Source: Tubulanus polymorphus (taxonomy: Eukaryota; Animalia; Nemertea). From it: DNA of 64,000 nt. Under the pieces are notes generated by a model, which was given only the letters and a program-made list of their open reading frames with translations, was not told where the DNA came from and did no database searches. The stretch lies in NCBI RefSeq assembly GCF_964204645.1, contig NC_134031.1:14061807-14125806 (forward strand). Reading direction: 5' to 3'. Below are positions 12,695 through 26,990 of the stretch, one piece after another. A program made the position numbers and the translations under genes. Positions within the stretch are counted from its first letter, which is position 1, and each line of letters starts with the position of its first letter.

Positions 12695-13939
12695 ATATGC
12701 GCTGCATCTGCTACTATTGAAATAATATAGAATAAGATCACTCTAATATCTTTAAAACGAAAATGAATTTTGTTTTACTATTCTTCAAAGGAATATTTCA
12801 GGATTTGGGGAAAATAGGACAAACTTTGGCTGGGGGAAATGTCGTTTTACGGTCGCAGTTTATTTGAATTCTCATTGAAAGCATTTAAATTTTTTTGTTG
12901 TAATATATAGTGTTGACTTCTAACAAGGTAATATATACTGAATGTTAAGCCTAATAACGCAAATCAATATCTTACCAACGCTTTATACAACCCTAAATTT
13001 CAATGCCGGCATAAATAACATTATAACTTGCTTCACTACTTATCTGTTGCAGCACACAGAAATATATACTCAGCGTATAGTCAGCCTATGTATACCAACA
13101 AAAAAATTAATTAGACCACGTATTTCTGGGCAAACTCGCCATTGGTTACCAGTATGTATTACTATGCGTACGTGTTTAACTAACACAATTCTATTTTTAG
13201 CGTCTTGAACCTGAGAATTATGGAGCCGTCTTGGTTTTAGAGAATAGTTCAGCCGACGGATACGTTGTCCTGGCAATGGACAACAATGATGAAACTACTG
13301 AAGTTTTATTTCCACGACGTATTAGTTTTCAAGATGAGTCGGTAGGTAGAAAGAAATATTCTTTGCCATATTTAATTGAAAAAAAAAAATTTATCACCTT
13401 TTTATATGGAAAAAATCTTCGTTGCAATTTCAAGAATAATTTTAAAATTCTAACTTCGTCATCATAAAATAATCAATGGCATGACCTCTTGTTGCCAGAA
13501 ATATTTAACCGATGGTATTGTTGGGGAGTGAAGTGATTTGCTCCTAATACATTAAGTAGGACCTTCTAATGTTATGTCATATATGAACTGATGTTATTAA
13601 CCGGTTGATGAAAGATGGGTACTGAAAAGACAAAAGTTAAATCAAACAAAAGCAGGAACAGTTGAAGTTGAGTCTTAGATTACTTCATTGCATTAAGTTA
13701 TAAAAGTTAATTCATACGTTGGTTCCGTATAGGCCATAAACTATTTGTTTTCAGCGAAAAATGCTGTATGTAGCGATGATGATAACACAGAGGGAATTTA
13801 GGAATATTGAGTCCCCTGCTTTTACATATACGTCTTGTCCATTGGATTGAAATAAAGCGATAAATATTGACCATCATAACCGCAGGAGACTTACAAAATA
13901 TGAAAAATAAGATGTAAACAATTATGTTTTCCTTTCCAG

Positions 13940-16900
13940 ATGGATCGTGATGGTTCATCAGACAAAACATGTATTGTCTGCCGAGAGAGTCTTCAAAATG
14001 GGAAGGAAACAGTGTAGATTCAACGAGCCCCGCCGTTAAGACATCGAATGATGCAAGTATATCTTGGAAACTCCATTGCTGCAAATTTCTGAAGGGCAAG
14101 AACTTCACATTGAGTGCAGACGCAATCACACTGATAGACGCAGAATTTAGTCAGCTAGGCAGAAGTCAACTGAACAGATTGCACCAGAGACTCCACGCCT
14201 CCGTTCTAAAACACCGAACTTTTCCATTAAAGACCACTGCTTAATCAGTGGTACAAAGATCAAACCATCAGAGAAGCAAAACAAAGACAATTTTCAAGTT
14301 AAGACGTATGCTTTCGAAAAATCTATCACTAATGCGTGTGATGCGCAAGACGAGAATTATAGCTCGGTTAATGAAGTAAGAAATATAATTATATATATAT
14401 ACGAGATCTACCGGCAGGAGACGCTCTTTTCCACCAGGTATGAAGCGTTAATTTCCGTTATAAGAAAGTAACTGTGCCCTCACGATACCAGCAATGCGGA
14501 GATACATTGAATCCTGGAAGGGAGTCTGATCTCACAAAAGAAGAAGCATTTCTGAAGGTTTTGAATGCTCTCGTGCAGGACGATGATGAGCAGATTACTG
14601 TATCCGACCTCGTGGACAAAATGTCTCAAATTACCCCTGAGCCATACAGCGCCAAACATATGCGCAGAAAAATTGAGGAACACTTAGGTGACTCTGTTTT
14701 AATCACTAATGTAAATGGTCGTTGTGACGTTGTCACATTTCATACGAAGGTTGCTAAAATTCTACAAAATTTCCATGACACTCCACAATCAACAGATGAA
14801 GCTGTTGAGAAGATGCATATTATAAATACTGCGACAGATCTGATATGCAATGAGATAAAGAACATAGAATCTTCGAAGGATTTTCATCCAAGTTCCAAGC
14901 AACTATCCTCGATTGATGAAAACTTGAAATATGTTCCAGAAGGTTTACGATCATTCCTCGATCATTAAACAATAGGAAAAACAAAAAATCTCAAAGTTGC
15001 CACCATTGGGCAATGCATTGCTCAAATGAACAGGCCAAGGGTTTTATTAGCACCAATACCCTTTGGCACTGGTGTACAAATGCACCATCAGTATGGATCG
15101 TGATTTTTAGTAGATTGTCTCTCCAGTCACGGGCTATGTGTTTCATATCCCGAAGTACTGAAATTTGGACCAAGTGCTGCATGTTCCAAACCTGTGGACA
15201 TTTTAGAACGAGGGAAATTTAGTCAATACATTGCCGATAATGTCGATCATAATCTTAGGACGTTAGACGGACGTGGTACTCTCCATGCTATAGGAATCAT
15301 TAAAACTTTGACGCCGGGTATGCTTTAATAGGCAAGGGGCTGTTTTGCGAATGGCACAACGCACTGCAGCTACAGGTCTAAATGATGCCAAAATAGAAAT
15401 ACGCTATTACAAACACAAAATCAAAGGGAAAAGTCTTTCAATGGCATTTAAAAAACTGCCTCCTATTCATTTCCCTGATCATCATTGTAATCTGGACACT
15501 TTGTGGAAAGTATCTTGGTCCTTCAGACCACAATGTCCTGGCTGGAGTAGAACTATGCAGACTATGTGCACTGGTGACCATCCAGGGAAGGCAAGCATTC
15601 ACTTTCTTCCTATCGTGGATCCGGATCCTACAGATATGACATGCATTTACTCAATTTTGTACTTCATTGCACCTGACAATGAACGTCAATGAACTGTTCC
15701 TGTACTAACGTTCGATCAGCCCCTCTAGTGGAAGTCCAGAATGGTTATCCAAAATGAAGGTGGCAATGGTATGATGAAGTCAGTTCAACTTATTCTGGGT
15801 GGATTTCATACAACAATGAGTTACCTTGGTTCTATTGGATATGTTATGAAAGGTTCCAGATTAAAGGAAACATTGGAGCTTGTTTATGCTAGTAACGCAG
15901 TTAAGCACATGCTTACTGGAAAAGCATACGCGAGAGCTGTCCGGGTGCACTTCTTAGTAGATGCAACATTAACTGCTTTAATGTAGATGTGTTGTCAACA
16001 GAAGATGAACAAAGCTTGGCAGAACTTGATGCGGCTGACATCTGTGAGGCCTTAAGTTAATGTGCGTTTCTAGCTGAAGATAAAAGTGATTCATTAGTTT
16101 GTGACTATAGATGATCTGTTAAAGAATTTTCTGAGATCCCAAAGGACATGTGATTTCCAAATGTATCTTAAGTGTCTGCAGATCCATCTCCAGGACATGC
16201 TTGATTTAAAAACAAGTAATCCTAATCCCTACAATAAGTTTGATTCGGGTTTGTTTGTGATAAGACGGAGTGATCATTTCTGGGTCGGATTACCTACTGA
16301 TTTGGTGATTGAACAAACATTAATGCGGACAATCAAGTCTACTGGAAGCTTGATAAGAGGACGTGGTATGGAGGAAACTCAGTGGACCCGTGGGCTTCTA
16401 GCAATGCCAGCACGTGCAGATATAAATGAATCAATGCAGGAACTAACGGGCACAGGCTACTACACAAGTGATCAGCATAAAGAATTGTTTATTGCACGGA
16501 AGGAACGTGATCACAAAGAAACATCAGAAATAGTCCAGTTCCTAACGGACTATAGTCCATTCGTGTCATGAGCAGAACGTTTTATATAGCATAGCAACTG
16601 GAATGACCGCAAATTCCTCATGTAACCAACACCATGCAAAAAAAGTTGGTGAAGCGCTTTAAAAAATAAATTGCCCATGGGCAAAGTGTGGTTTACCTTG
16701 AAAGCTAGAGGTTGTTTGGGGTAAGGGCATTGCTTGAAAAATCTTTTTAATTCGTGACTTCAAAGTTCTATCTTGTATTTCATCTTTCTCAAAGAATTAT
16801 TTTGTAGTCAAATAAGACCAAAATGTACATTTCGTAGGGTACAGGTAGGCGCGGCAGGGAAACTATTTTATATTTTCAAAGAAATATTTTTCACAATATG

Positions 16901-19175
16901 AAAAAATATTCAAATAAAATTCATTTGATGTCACATATCAGAGGGTGGCTGAATATTTAGTCTTGGAAACCTCTTCCAATGTATGGCCGCGGAATCTAAA
17001 CCAGCGCAGTAAGATATCGGCGTATTAGATCGTTTTAAATCCTGGAATTTACTACTACAATATTCAGACCTCGACCTATACTTGTAGTTTGCTGCTTATT
17101 ATTTTCAGGTCACAAGAAATTACAATTTATTATAAATTATATCAAACATAAAACATAGCGCTCATCTTCTGTTGATGAAATGTCAGACGCACCAGCAAGC
17201 TGCGTTTACACTATCACTATAGTAGTGTATACTGTACGAGCGAGTGTTTGTGTATGCAACAGTCTATAGCACTCCGCGCGCACGTGTGGAGGCCTTGTGT
17301 AAGTGAATGTTCGCTTGCACTTAAGTGTCAATCAAATCAATCACCGGGTATTAAAATGAAACAATACCTATGGCAGATAATAATTACATTCTCATCAGCA
17401 ATGAGCATTTGAAATTTGCACGTATACGGCACCTAGTCCAATGAAACGTTTGCCATTCTATGGCTTTCCCATAATTATTTTAGTAGCGCCGGAATTCCCC
17501 GTATATCCCAAAAACAGCCAATCACATTCGCTCGTAGAGACAACGGCCCCCAATCGAGGTCATTGCAATTTTATACGCGAGAGCTAAGAATTTCCCGCCA
17601 AAAACAGTTCATCGTAGAATTTTAACAAAGTTGACCATGTACATCGACGGAGGTTCGTCATGTCTTCAAGCGCATCGATTATACTTCGTTTAACCCGAGA
17701 ACCAATGAAACAAATGCTCATATAAAAAACGTACCGCGATTTTACTTGAAATTGGCTCAATGCCAACTTCATATCGCTGACAAAGGTAAACCAAAAATGG
17801 AAGGGACAAACGCATTGGATTTTGTCTTTAGGAAGAAGGATCAAATATATAGAATGGGTCTTAAACAAGTAGTAGTTTATTTGAAAAGTTGAAAGTTGAC
17901 CCCCAACTCCTGTTTCAGAGGCTTCTTATCCTGGCAAATAACAGTGACTATAGTGTAGATGATTAACTAAGATATGAATTATCTACACAGCCAACTTCAT
18001 TGTTTGATAGACATGGTCTAATGCGGTCAGCAAACAAGACACAATTAGCTGATGCCATAACCTCTGATCTTCCGAATGAAGAGTTAAATGATGCTGCACC
18101 ATCATAGTACCATGTATTTAAAGGAGGTTCTCTTCTAGAGCGGTTTCCATTGAAAAAAGGGGCAGACGTTTGAAACAATTTCATCATTGTATGTAAATTA
18201 TGTTAGACGGTTTTCCAATCTGATCGTTGTATTCGACGGATACGGACCCAATGCATCAACAAAACACATTACTCATCTCAGGAGGTCAAAGGGTGCCATT
18301 GGAACAAAAGCAAAATTTCATAAATTCCTTATCGGAGAAACTCGAAGCATCGCACATAAAAACACTTCATGCTGACGGTGACGCGGATGTTTTGATTGCC
18401 CTTACTGGTATCCGTTGTGCTCAAAATGGAACAACTCATGTTATAGGTGAAGATACGGATTTGCTTGTCCTCCTTTGTCGCCACAGTGCAAAGGATATGA
18501 ATACTTTAATTTTCCGTTCAGATAAAACTGTTAAACTAGATAAGAACACTAAAATTAAATATTAGATAAAAACACTAAACGCGAAAATCTCTTGGTGAAA
18601 AGATATGTTTCCTGTTACCTATGATACATTCAATCGGTGGTTGTGACACTACTTCGAGGTAACATGGTATTGGCAAAGGTCAGGTGTTGAAAAAGGCTAT
18701 ATCTAGGACTGGTTTATAGAGAAACTATAGCAACTACTGGATTGTTCAACTTCTGAGGAGTTAGTTAAATGTTCCAGGGAAAAAGGTTTTGGTCGGACTG
18801 TATGGAGGCAAAGATAATGATAAATTAGACTCACTGCGTATTCGGCGGTTTAGAGAAAAGGTCGTGAAATGCGCTACCAGTGTCGATGTTTAAAATCTTC
18901 CACCTACTATTGATGCAGGAAAATATCATATTCATCGATCATATTTCCAAGCGAAGGGTTGGATGGAGGAGTATGGATGGAGTTCTATTGAACGCTACAG
19001 ATTGGGATTGTTATTAAAATAATAAATGGATTCCAAACCTGTCCCTGATAGCATTCTTAAACTGATACGATATCAGTGTAAAGGTTTCTGACATCAAAAA
19101 GATCTACTTGTAAAAAGAATGATCTTAAATGCACAGATGCATGTCGTGACGGCGACTCGTGTACTAATAGGTAAC
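13940..19175 (+). pseudogene. Academ-type DNA transposon protein (transposase + XPG/PIN-like nuclease + Cys-rich C-terminus), heavily decayed
   Basis: Fragments ADNVDHNLRTLDGRGTLHAIG, VLTFDQPL, LGGFHTTMSYLGSIG..M.GS.L, DLVIEQTLMRTIK (Academ transposase). VVFDGY..STK, ADGDADVLIA..GEDTDLLVLL, GGCDTTS (XPG/PIN-like). CKKNDLKCTDAC..SCTN tail. TIRs not located. Confidence 0.8.
16661..17797 (-). mobile_element. Helentron-associated non-autonomous element (HINE/DINE-1-like) inserted in the Academ ORF
   Basis: 11-bp subterminal inverted repeats TGGTTTACCTT (16689-16699) / AAGGTAAACCA (17783-17793). Palindrome TTGCCCATGGGCAA (16671-16684) plus a T-run at the minus-strand 3' end. The Academ frame reads AKKVGEAL before and KMEGTNALDFVFRKKDQ after. 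Confidence 0.8.
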
Positions 19176-19299
19176 TTTCTGAATAATTTAGTTGACGCGT
19201 TGATGATGTTGATAATTAGATGATATACTTATCAGGTATGCTATGTAATATAAATGTATCGGTGTTTGATGGAGAAACATATCGAGCTATTACGATTTT

Positions 19300-20850
19300 T
19301 AAGAGAAAATGAAAACGGAATGGGACATTAGAAATGCTTAATCTGCTGCAAGAATAAAGAAAATTGTCGACATGTTGCAAAATTGCTGAAATCTATAAAC
19401 AATGAGTCCGATGTTGTATCAGATAATGTGGATGTTATTCGAGTGCATTCAGAGAGAATGTTGAACTAGTCAAAGTGAACATGGAACAGTGTTTGTCTGT
19501 TTCTAAAATATATTTCAGTGATCACAAATATCATCCACTAGAAGGTGATCCTTAATTTAAACCGTTATATGTAATTTGTAAGTGTAGCTATCCTCTTGAT
19601 GCAGTTCAGCATATGCAACCATGCATTAACGTGCAAACCACAATGATATTCTGAATTTTGACGGATGCTTGGCCGGTTTGCTTAATATGGGCAAGTATCT
19701 TGTGTACCATTCTGTTTTAAAGGTATTTAAAACAGCGATATTTTGTGTCAGATGGAACCACACTGCATTCATATCACAGAAACTTCTGCTGGCGCCAACA
19801 TGATTATGGGTGTAGCTCTGAAGAAATAATGAAGCATTTTTCATATGCACGTTTCAGATTGGCGTGGCATGCTTATTTAACATTGTTGCACATTGACATT
19901 GAGGATGGATTTATGTGCTTTGAACGTGGCACCATTGTTGTGTTTGATGGGATATCGTTAAGCTATCGTAGGGAAATGTTAAATTACAATTCTATCGTTG
20001 CCGAAACCGAGCCACAACTAGATAGATCATCATTTTCTAATCGTGTATTTATAAAAAATTATGTAGGGAGCTTCTTCAAAAGTACTCCAATTCTGACGCT
20101 AATAGTGTTCTAGTGGAAACTGAATTTTTAGAATTGATTCAACCTTTAGGCTTGTATCAACCATCATTAGTTTCTTTTTTTCAAGAGTTTCAAGCGTCGC
20201 CTGTAATTCCTTTGAAATATCCACTGAAATATCAAAAACTTTTGAATGCTGTAAGTAAAGCATCTCCTGTATGTGCTCTTGTGCCATATAATTGCAAGCT
20301 GCACAAAATCTTAATTGATATATTGTCGCATAAAGAAAACATTGATGTCAATGACTTAGCAGTTGTACAACAATATTCAACTGTAGTATTCAAGTTTATT
20401 TGTAACACTATTCATACGGCCTGTATTTGCGGAGTTGCTCAAAATTGCACAAAATACATTCCCAAGTTATTCGCACAATATTAATCTATCCGATAAGAAC
20501 TTTGCTAAATTTAGTTACTACCCTTGTTTGCCATTAGTTTCCAACAGAGGAGAAAATGTCCTAGATAATAAAGTATACAAAGCTGAATCTGTCTGCGAAA
20601 AGAAGACATGTGGGCATCCTACATCGGTTCCTGGTATTTTCACTTGCCATTGACCTCATGGTATATGCTATGGATATCAGGTGATGAGAGATCCCGAAAG
20701 CCCAAATGTACCGTTTTCATTTTTAAGAACACACTTTAAAGTACCACCTAAAACTGTAATTTATGACAATGCATGTTCATATTGTTTGAATAGAGATCCT
20801 GGTTTTTTCGGGAGACCTTATTTCTAGTCGACCGATTTCGCTGGTATATG
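19300..20850 (+). pseudogene. KDZ-superfamily (Kyakuja/Dileera/Zisupton-like, CxC) transposase pseudogene
   Basis: FRLAWHAYL..GFMC..VVFDG, CEKK..H..PGIF..HGICYGYQVM..ESP..PF, VIYDNAC..YCLNRDP.FF..FLVDRF motifs; multiple stops. Confidence 0.65.
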
Positions 20851-21119
20851 AATAGGAACAGCAGGGTGAATAGGAACAGGCAGTGGGAAAAGCTTTTTTC
20901 CTCCCTTTTATTTACTTTAACTGTTGATGAATTAATTCTAGATTCTTTTCAAACTTTTAGCCACAATGCTAGTTAAGAAATAACACAGTTAATCATGGTT
21001 ACAAGCATGTCCACCTCATGACTACTTCCAGATCATGATGTTTGTTTGAGCTAAAAGACCTGTGAGATGATGTACACATATTCATATTTGGTTAGGTAGG
21101 CTTGTTGCACAGATTAAAT

Positions 21120-21545
21120 TAGCACCATATGTTGTATATAAAGCTGAAAACATGTATGATACTTGGACTGTAGAAGCAAATCTGGCTGGTTTGATTTCGA
21201 TTGTTTTAGTGATTGGTTCCAATCTGTTGCTTTGCCCATTTAAAAATGTTACCTGGAACAAAAGTTGTAATTGGAGACAACTTGAGCTTCCATATTTCTG
21301 AAGAAGTTGTAAGGATGTGTGACCAGAATGATATTAGATTTAGTTTCTTGCTGTCAAATAGCACACATCTAATGCAACCACTGGATGCTGCGTTCTTTGG
21401 TCCTATGAAGAAGGCTTGGCGAAAAATCCTAAGAAAGTACAAAAAAGGTGAGGGCAGAAAACAAGCTTGTATTCCAAAGGATGTGTTGCCAAGGTTGCTT
21501 AAAGTAGTAACTTTTAATTCAAATGGTACAATTATAATCTCTTAA
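21120..21545 (+). pseudogene. pogo/Tigger-like (DDE_1) transposase fragment
   Basis: PYVVYKAEN..WT, SGWFD..F..WF, VIGDNLSFH, NSTHLMQPLD..FFGPMKKAW. Confidence 0.85.
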
Positions 21546-22443
21546 TCGTCAAAGTAGGTAAAAATCAACACTTGGCGATTTTTTTACGTGTAGTATTTTT
21601 CACTGTGCGATGCGATGAATTATTAGAATTAATTTTTAAATATTTTGAAATCAAGCTAGCCTAATACATTATTGATCGTATTATTGATTTTTACCAAGGG
21701 GACTTTTACCATTTCGATTTCCAGAGTCACGACTCCCCTTCAGGCATAGCTGTTGATATTTATTTAGTTTGACTTCATTCTCTTAATTGTAAGGAATCCA
21801 GCCAATACTTACATAATTAGTGGGACCAGGACTGTATAGCAATTGTTCGTATAAAACAACAGGACAATAGGATTGCAAGGCCAGGCAAAGCTCTTGGCCG
21901 GTCCGTATTGTCATAGAAGTTCGCTTACACTTCTATGATATCATGGATATTCAGACAGCTAGAATCATTTCTATGGGTGTTTGTTAATTCTTAGTCAATG
22001 AAAAATGACTAATACTTCAAAACACAGTCTTTGAAAAAAGATTTTTGAGTTTGAAAAAGATGTTCCAGTCTAGCCTTACTAAATGGGTAATGTAGGTAAT
22101 TTCACATAATAACACCAGCGAACAGACTTGGCAATACATTTCAATTACTACTGACAAAAGCCAGTCACAATTCAATGATACTTGCAATTGCTTTGGACAA
22201 TCCCTAGAGCTTGTCTTGGCAATATCTATTGCCACCAAATTTTGCAACAAAGGAAAAATGTCATTTTTTGTATAGTAGGAAAAAAAATTCAGTTCTTTAC
22301 ATACATATATTTGAGTTGAAAAGATTAAAAGTTAATCAAAAATTATAAGTCTATTGTTAGTTAAATTAAATAAGTAAGTAGTAATTATATTCTGAATGTC
22401 TATTGCATTTTTTCCTACAGTAATTTTCACTGGTGGTATTTTA

Positions 22444-23425
22444 TGACGCCTTATAAAACGTTACCATTATGAAACCTAAACAATGCTAACCATTCAGCGT
22501 CATTTTACAAACGACAACCGTAAATCGATGTGCAAAACGTCACAGGTTTATGTGTACACATACAAGCTATTTGGCAAAATATTATTGATAAAGATGTAGA
22601 ATGGCTCCCTGTGATTATATAATGGCCTCTATGTGAACGCCGGAATGTTATATTGCATTGAATATCATGAATGTTATATTGCATTGAATATCATGAGAAG
22701 ACGTATTGTAATAGTAACAGATGTATGATTATATCAGGAGCGGCAGGCATAAATAGAAATGATAAGTAAATCGGATTATTCGGTTAAATGGCGGATGTAT
22801 ACACGATTTGGAAGTCTGATATAAAAGTCAGACCCTGACATGGGGATGCTAGTGGAATGACGAAGCTATCTACGATCCGAGTAGGGCCGGTGTGAATTTC
22901 ATCGGCGGCTACAAGCGGTCTATATAAAAACACGTGTAAACATATAATTTCAATATTCAAATGTTTTAGAAAATATGCTCGATATTAGGGGTATGCAGGT
23001 TTCATGAGATTAGTAATTTATAATAGCATAACTGTCATATACGGCTCCGCGTCCACTGATGGCATGTGTATAAGGTGACAATTCAATTCAATACTTTATT
23101 GATCCTTATTACATTGAAATTCCGGGATAAAATTCCCAAATTCAATAAAGTTACAAATTTTAAACTAAGAAAATACAAAATACAAGACACACGGGTAATT
23201 CATACAGAATAACATGAATAAGTTATTTAAATGACAATGTCTACTTCAACCCAGACTCAAGTCTAGGATATCTATCGAGTGACAGCCAAACCGGGCCCCG
23301 GGATCCCGGTCGACCGGGCCGGCTAGCTACACGATATGCTCGAAGTCATGATGAAGCAGCCGACATCAGAAGAGCTCTTTCTTCAACCATGGAGGCAATG
23401 AAGTTGCAGACCAGCTTAGAGGCAA
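22444..23425 (+). repeat. ~1 kb direct repeat, copy 1
   Basis: tgacgccttataaaacgttacc...cagcttagaggcaa; collinear with 29333-30240. Confidence 0.95.
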
Positions 23426-24003
23426 AAGTGAATCGAAATCGGTCACAAGTTGACAATTTTTTTTAAAATTAGACCAGTCGAAGACTCAGTATCATCTACC
23501 CAATTCCCCAAAATCTCATAATTCCCCAAATTTCTTAAAACTTCGATTTTCAAATTTGCAATTCCACATTAGCTTATCCCAGAAATTCTACATTTTTTCC
23601 AGGCGTCAAATAATTTATTAAAGTTAATTTTCTTGTTTCCTACAATCGCCTCTTAGGAAAGTCAGGTAAAAAAAGTTCACATAGCACAACACTTTATCTT
23701 GAATTCATGGCTGCAGGAAACTGGAAAGTTAGTTTCAGAGTTCATCGCACAGTTGTAATGATTTATTTAAGAATCCATGGAAACAGTTCATTGCACGGTT
23801 CAGATATAATGCAGTTGTATTGCAAACTAATAGAATTGGAGAAACATCTTTCTTTGAAATGTTATTGGAAATGCCAAGTAGGGATTTTACCTACTTCAAA
23901 GGATTTCAACCTAGGGGTTTTTATCTACTACCCCATATCTTATACCAAAGTTAAATATATTTTTGATAAATTTGTAACGGTCATGCATTATTCTCATCTT
24001 CAG

Positions 24004-25490
24004 GCTGTTAAACGCAAGCTGACCTCTCTACAGAAGTTGAGTTGTCATGAAAGAAAAAGGTTTGCAAGAATAACTAAAAAGGTAAAAACAAAATTGCTTT
24101 TATAAGAACACCTCATACAAGAATCATGTTTTCATAATACATTCAAAAGTAAATGAAAGGGCCTATGAGATATTCATGTGATTATAACATTTTTCAGATA
24201 AAATCAGAAAAGAACGTGCCAGCAATGGTTTTACTTCAATATAACAAGGGGTCTGTAGATATTTTTTCAAGTGAGTACCAAACATGTTTATTGTTTCAAA
24301 TACTTGTTTAACGAAGATATATGATTTTCATATCTGACCTGACTTCCTAACTTTTTTTGCAAATCACAAGATTGAAAATTGAGATGAACATAAATTTTTA
24401 CAAGTTGCTAGATTGCAAATCAAGACGTACATGACAAAAAAAATTTATTACCTTAGAAAAATTGTGATAAAAACAGGGAGGACATTTTTTTAAATTTGAT
24501 GATTTCGGCAGAATTCTGGGAGGCTGATCCAAGTAAGGTTAAATCATATATTCCATACAAATTCGTTGTATGCCTGATAATCAGTGTTATTTCCAAAAGG
24601 AAAAAAAAGTCGTTCAATATGGGGCGATGACACGAATAAACCTACATGGTGGCCTGAAGACATTCCTTTAAGATTCCCATTTTATTTACCGAGGCAGGTT
24701 GGAAAATAAATATATGTCTATCCAAGAAACAAAAAATACTATTTGTGTTTTTCAGTATGACTTGGCAAGCCCAAACTTGATGGGTATTTATAACATGGGT
24801 GGAATGCATTGGGTATTGATATATGTAAATGTAGATGGTAAAATAATATATTACATCCATCCAATGGGAGAAACCGAAACAGCTACGAAGAAAATGTATC
24901 ATTATTGGCTGTTAGTTCTAGGTGTGAAATAATTATGTAAAAAATCCAAAAATTGTAGAAAAAATCAAGGCACACGATTTTTTAATGTGTGTTTTAGAAA
25001 TTTTGTAAATGTTAGAGAAACACATCTTAACCGAAACAAATGGAAAATCAGGACAATCCCACACACTAAGCAGAAGGATAGCACGTCATGTGGACTTCTA
25101 TGCTTTGCTGTGAGTATAAAAAAAACTCAATAACTCCTTCAAAATTATCATCGATAGTTTCTTTAATTTATAGATATTCGCATTACCTGAAATTCCATTC
25201 TTTCAGTTTGCTGAAAGTCTAATATGCGAAACCTCGCTAGAGGATTTTGAATCATCTAGTTCTGGAATCAAATCTATGCGAGACCAAGTGCTGAAAATTC
25301 TCCATAGTGTATGCGGTAGGTACCCTTCTATCAGGTGATCAAGGTGCAAGTGGTTGGTGGTCAAGACAGATCTGAAATAAATGAAGTGAGCAATATATAT
25401 ATTTCTATAGATAAATAAATACTAAAAATGGTACGCCGTTTGTGTGGCCAAAAGGAACCAGCTGATGACAAACACAAACGAATTCTCTGG
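24004..25490 (+). pseudogene. Intron-containing Ulp1/C48-like cysteine protease followed by a PHD-like start (probably transposon cargo)
   Basis: GT-AG exons encoding GIYNMGGMHWVLIYVNVDGKIIYYIHPMG (~24756-24910), PHTKQKDSTSCGLLCFA (~24999-25110), FAESLI..SMRDQV (~25207-25315) and LCGQKE..ILW (~25411-25490). Confidence 0.7.
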
Positions 25491-25700
25491 GTAAGAGTTA
25501 CAAAAAGCTGTTAATAATCACTTATATTACTATTACCGTACTCTAATCGGATTATTGGATTATCTCTTTTTAAGGAAGGATGTGAGAGGTGTGAATTCTT
25601 TTGGCAGTACAGGCAGTGTATTAAGAGGGTTAAAGGAAGTTGCCGACTGAGAAGAGGTGTTAGTCAATTTGTGCAATGTTATTATGTTTTGTTTTTTGTA

Positions 25701-26480
25701 AATAATAATAATAATAATAATAATAATAGTGATAATAATCATAATAATCATAATAACAAGTGTCTTATACAGCATTTAATCCAGCTCAACGGCTTCACAT
25801 AAAAGCCTCATTAAAGTGTAAATTTCTAAGTTGCCACCTGAAGATCTCCAAAGATGTTATAGACCGAGGTCTCCAGGAAGCTGATTCCACAAGGTCGGGC
25901 CATTGATGGAAAAGGCTCGAGAACCGAAAGACTTTCTATTGTATCTAGGGGCTGTCAGTGAGCTAAAGGCAGAAGAACGGAGAGGACGGCAAAGGACATG
26001 AATATGAATGAGGTCACAGTGATATTTAGGAGCCAAATTATGTATGCACTGGACGATGAAAATGAGAACTTTGTACTTGATTCTTTGTTCAATGAGTAAC
26101 TAATGTAATTCCATAAGGACAGGTTTGATTGATTTATATTTTCTGGTTTTACTAATTAGACGGGCTGCGATGTTTTGTACTCGCTGGAGAGATTTCGTTG
26201 AGGACTTTGGTAATTCAGCGAGAACAGAGTTACAAAATTCAAGACGGGTTGTGATGAGTGCCTGCAAATAAATTCTTGTGGCATCAACAGATAGATATTG
26301 ACGGATTTTACGAATGTTGCGAATGTGAAAATTAGCAGACTTCACACAGCTTGAAATTTGTTCTCTAAGTGAGAAGTTGGAATCAAAGATAACTCCCAAA
26401 TTTCTCACCGATGAGAAGGAAATATCAGTACCGATTATTCTAATATTAGGAAGCTGAACTTTGGGGCTTGTGGTGCTAAC
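25701..26480 (-). mobile_element. 5'-truncated L2/CR1-group LINE
   Basis: RNLGVIFDSN..SANFHIRNIRKIR.YL..RLEFCNS.L..LQRVQNIAARL..LH; followed on the minus strand by gctgtataag and a (TTA/TGA)n tail at ~25701-25756. Confidence 0.9.
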
Positions 26481-26744
26481 GAGATGACAATAGACAATTC
26501 GAAATTAATTTTATACTGTTATCGTTTTTCTCATACATTGGATTGTAGAACAGTATCTACTCGTTCAGACTCGCACTTATTAAGTTCAAGTTGGTCAAAG
26601 TTTACTGTATTTTTTGGTGAAAGGAGTTAGATATTTTCTAATGTTTTTATGGATATACAACAAAATGTTTGTAGGACTCGTGGTGCAATTTGAATCAAAA
26701 GTTTATGGATGGACGAATGGTTAGAGGATGCCAGCTATCCCAAG

Positions 26745-26990
26745 GGATGTTAATATGCCATATAATGTCCAGTCAAGGTCCACATGTTTGTTAATGCAGA
26801 TATCAGCTTCATGGATGTGAATATGCCAGATAATGTCCAGTTAATGTACCCAGGGTTTTTAATATAGATATCAACTTCAGGGATGTAAATATGGCAGATA
26901 ATGTCCAGTTAAGGTCCCAAGGGGCCCAGGATAGTTAATCAGCCCCATGGATGTAAATATGCCAGATGATGTCCAGTTAAGGTCTCCAGG
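26745..26990. repeat. ~68-bp tandem repeat, 4 copies
   Basis: gatgt(a/t/g)aatatgccagataatgtccagttaaggtcc at ~26747, 26815, 26882, 26950; related ccagttaagatcccc at ~27203. Confidence 0.85.

Noticed and set aside
26745-26990. CRISPR-like repeat/spacer periodicity
   Set aside because: Eukaryotic context, spacers are related to one another, repeats are degenerate, and there are no cas genes.
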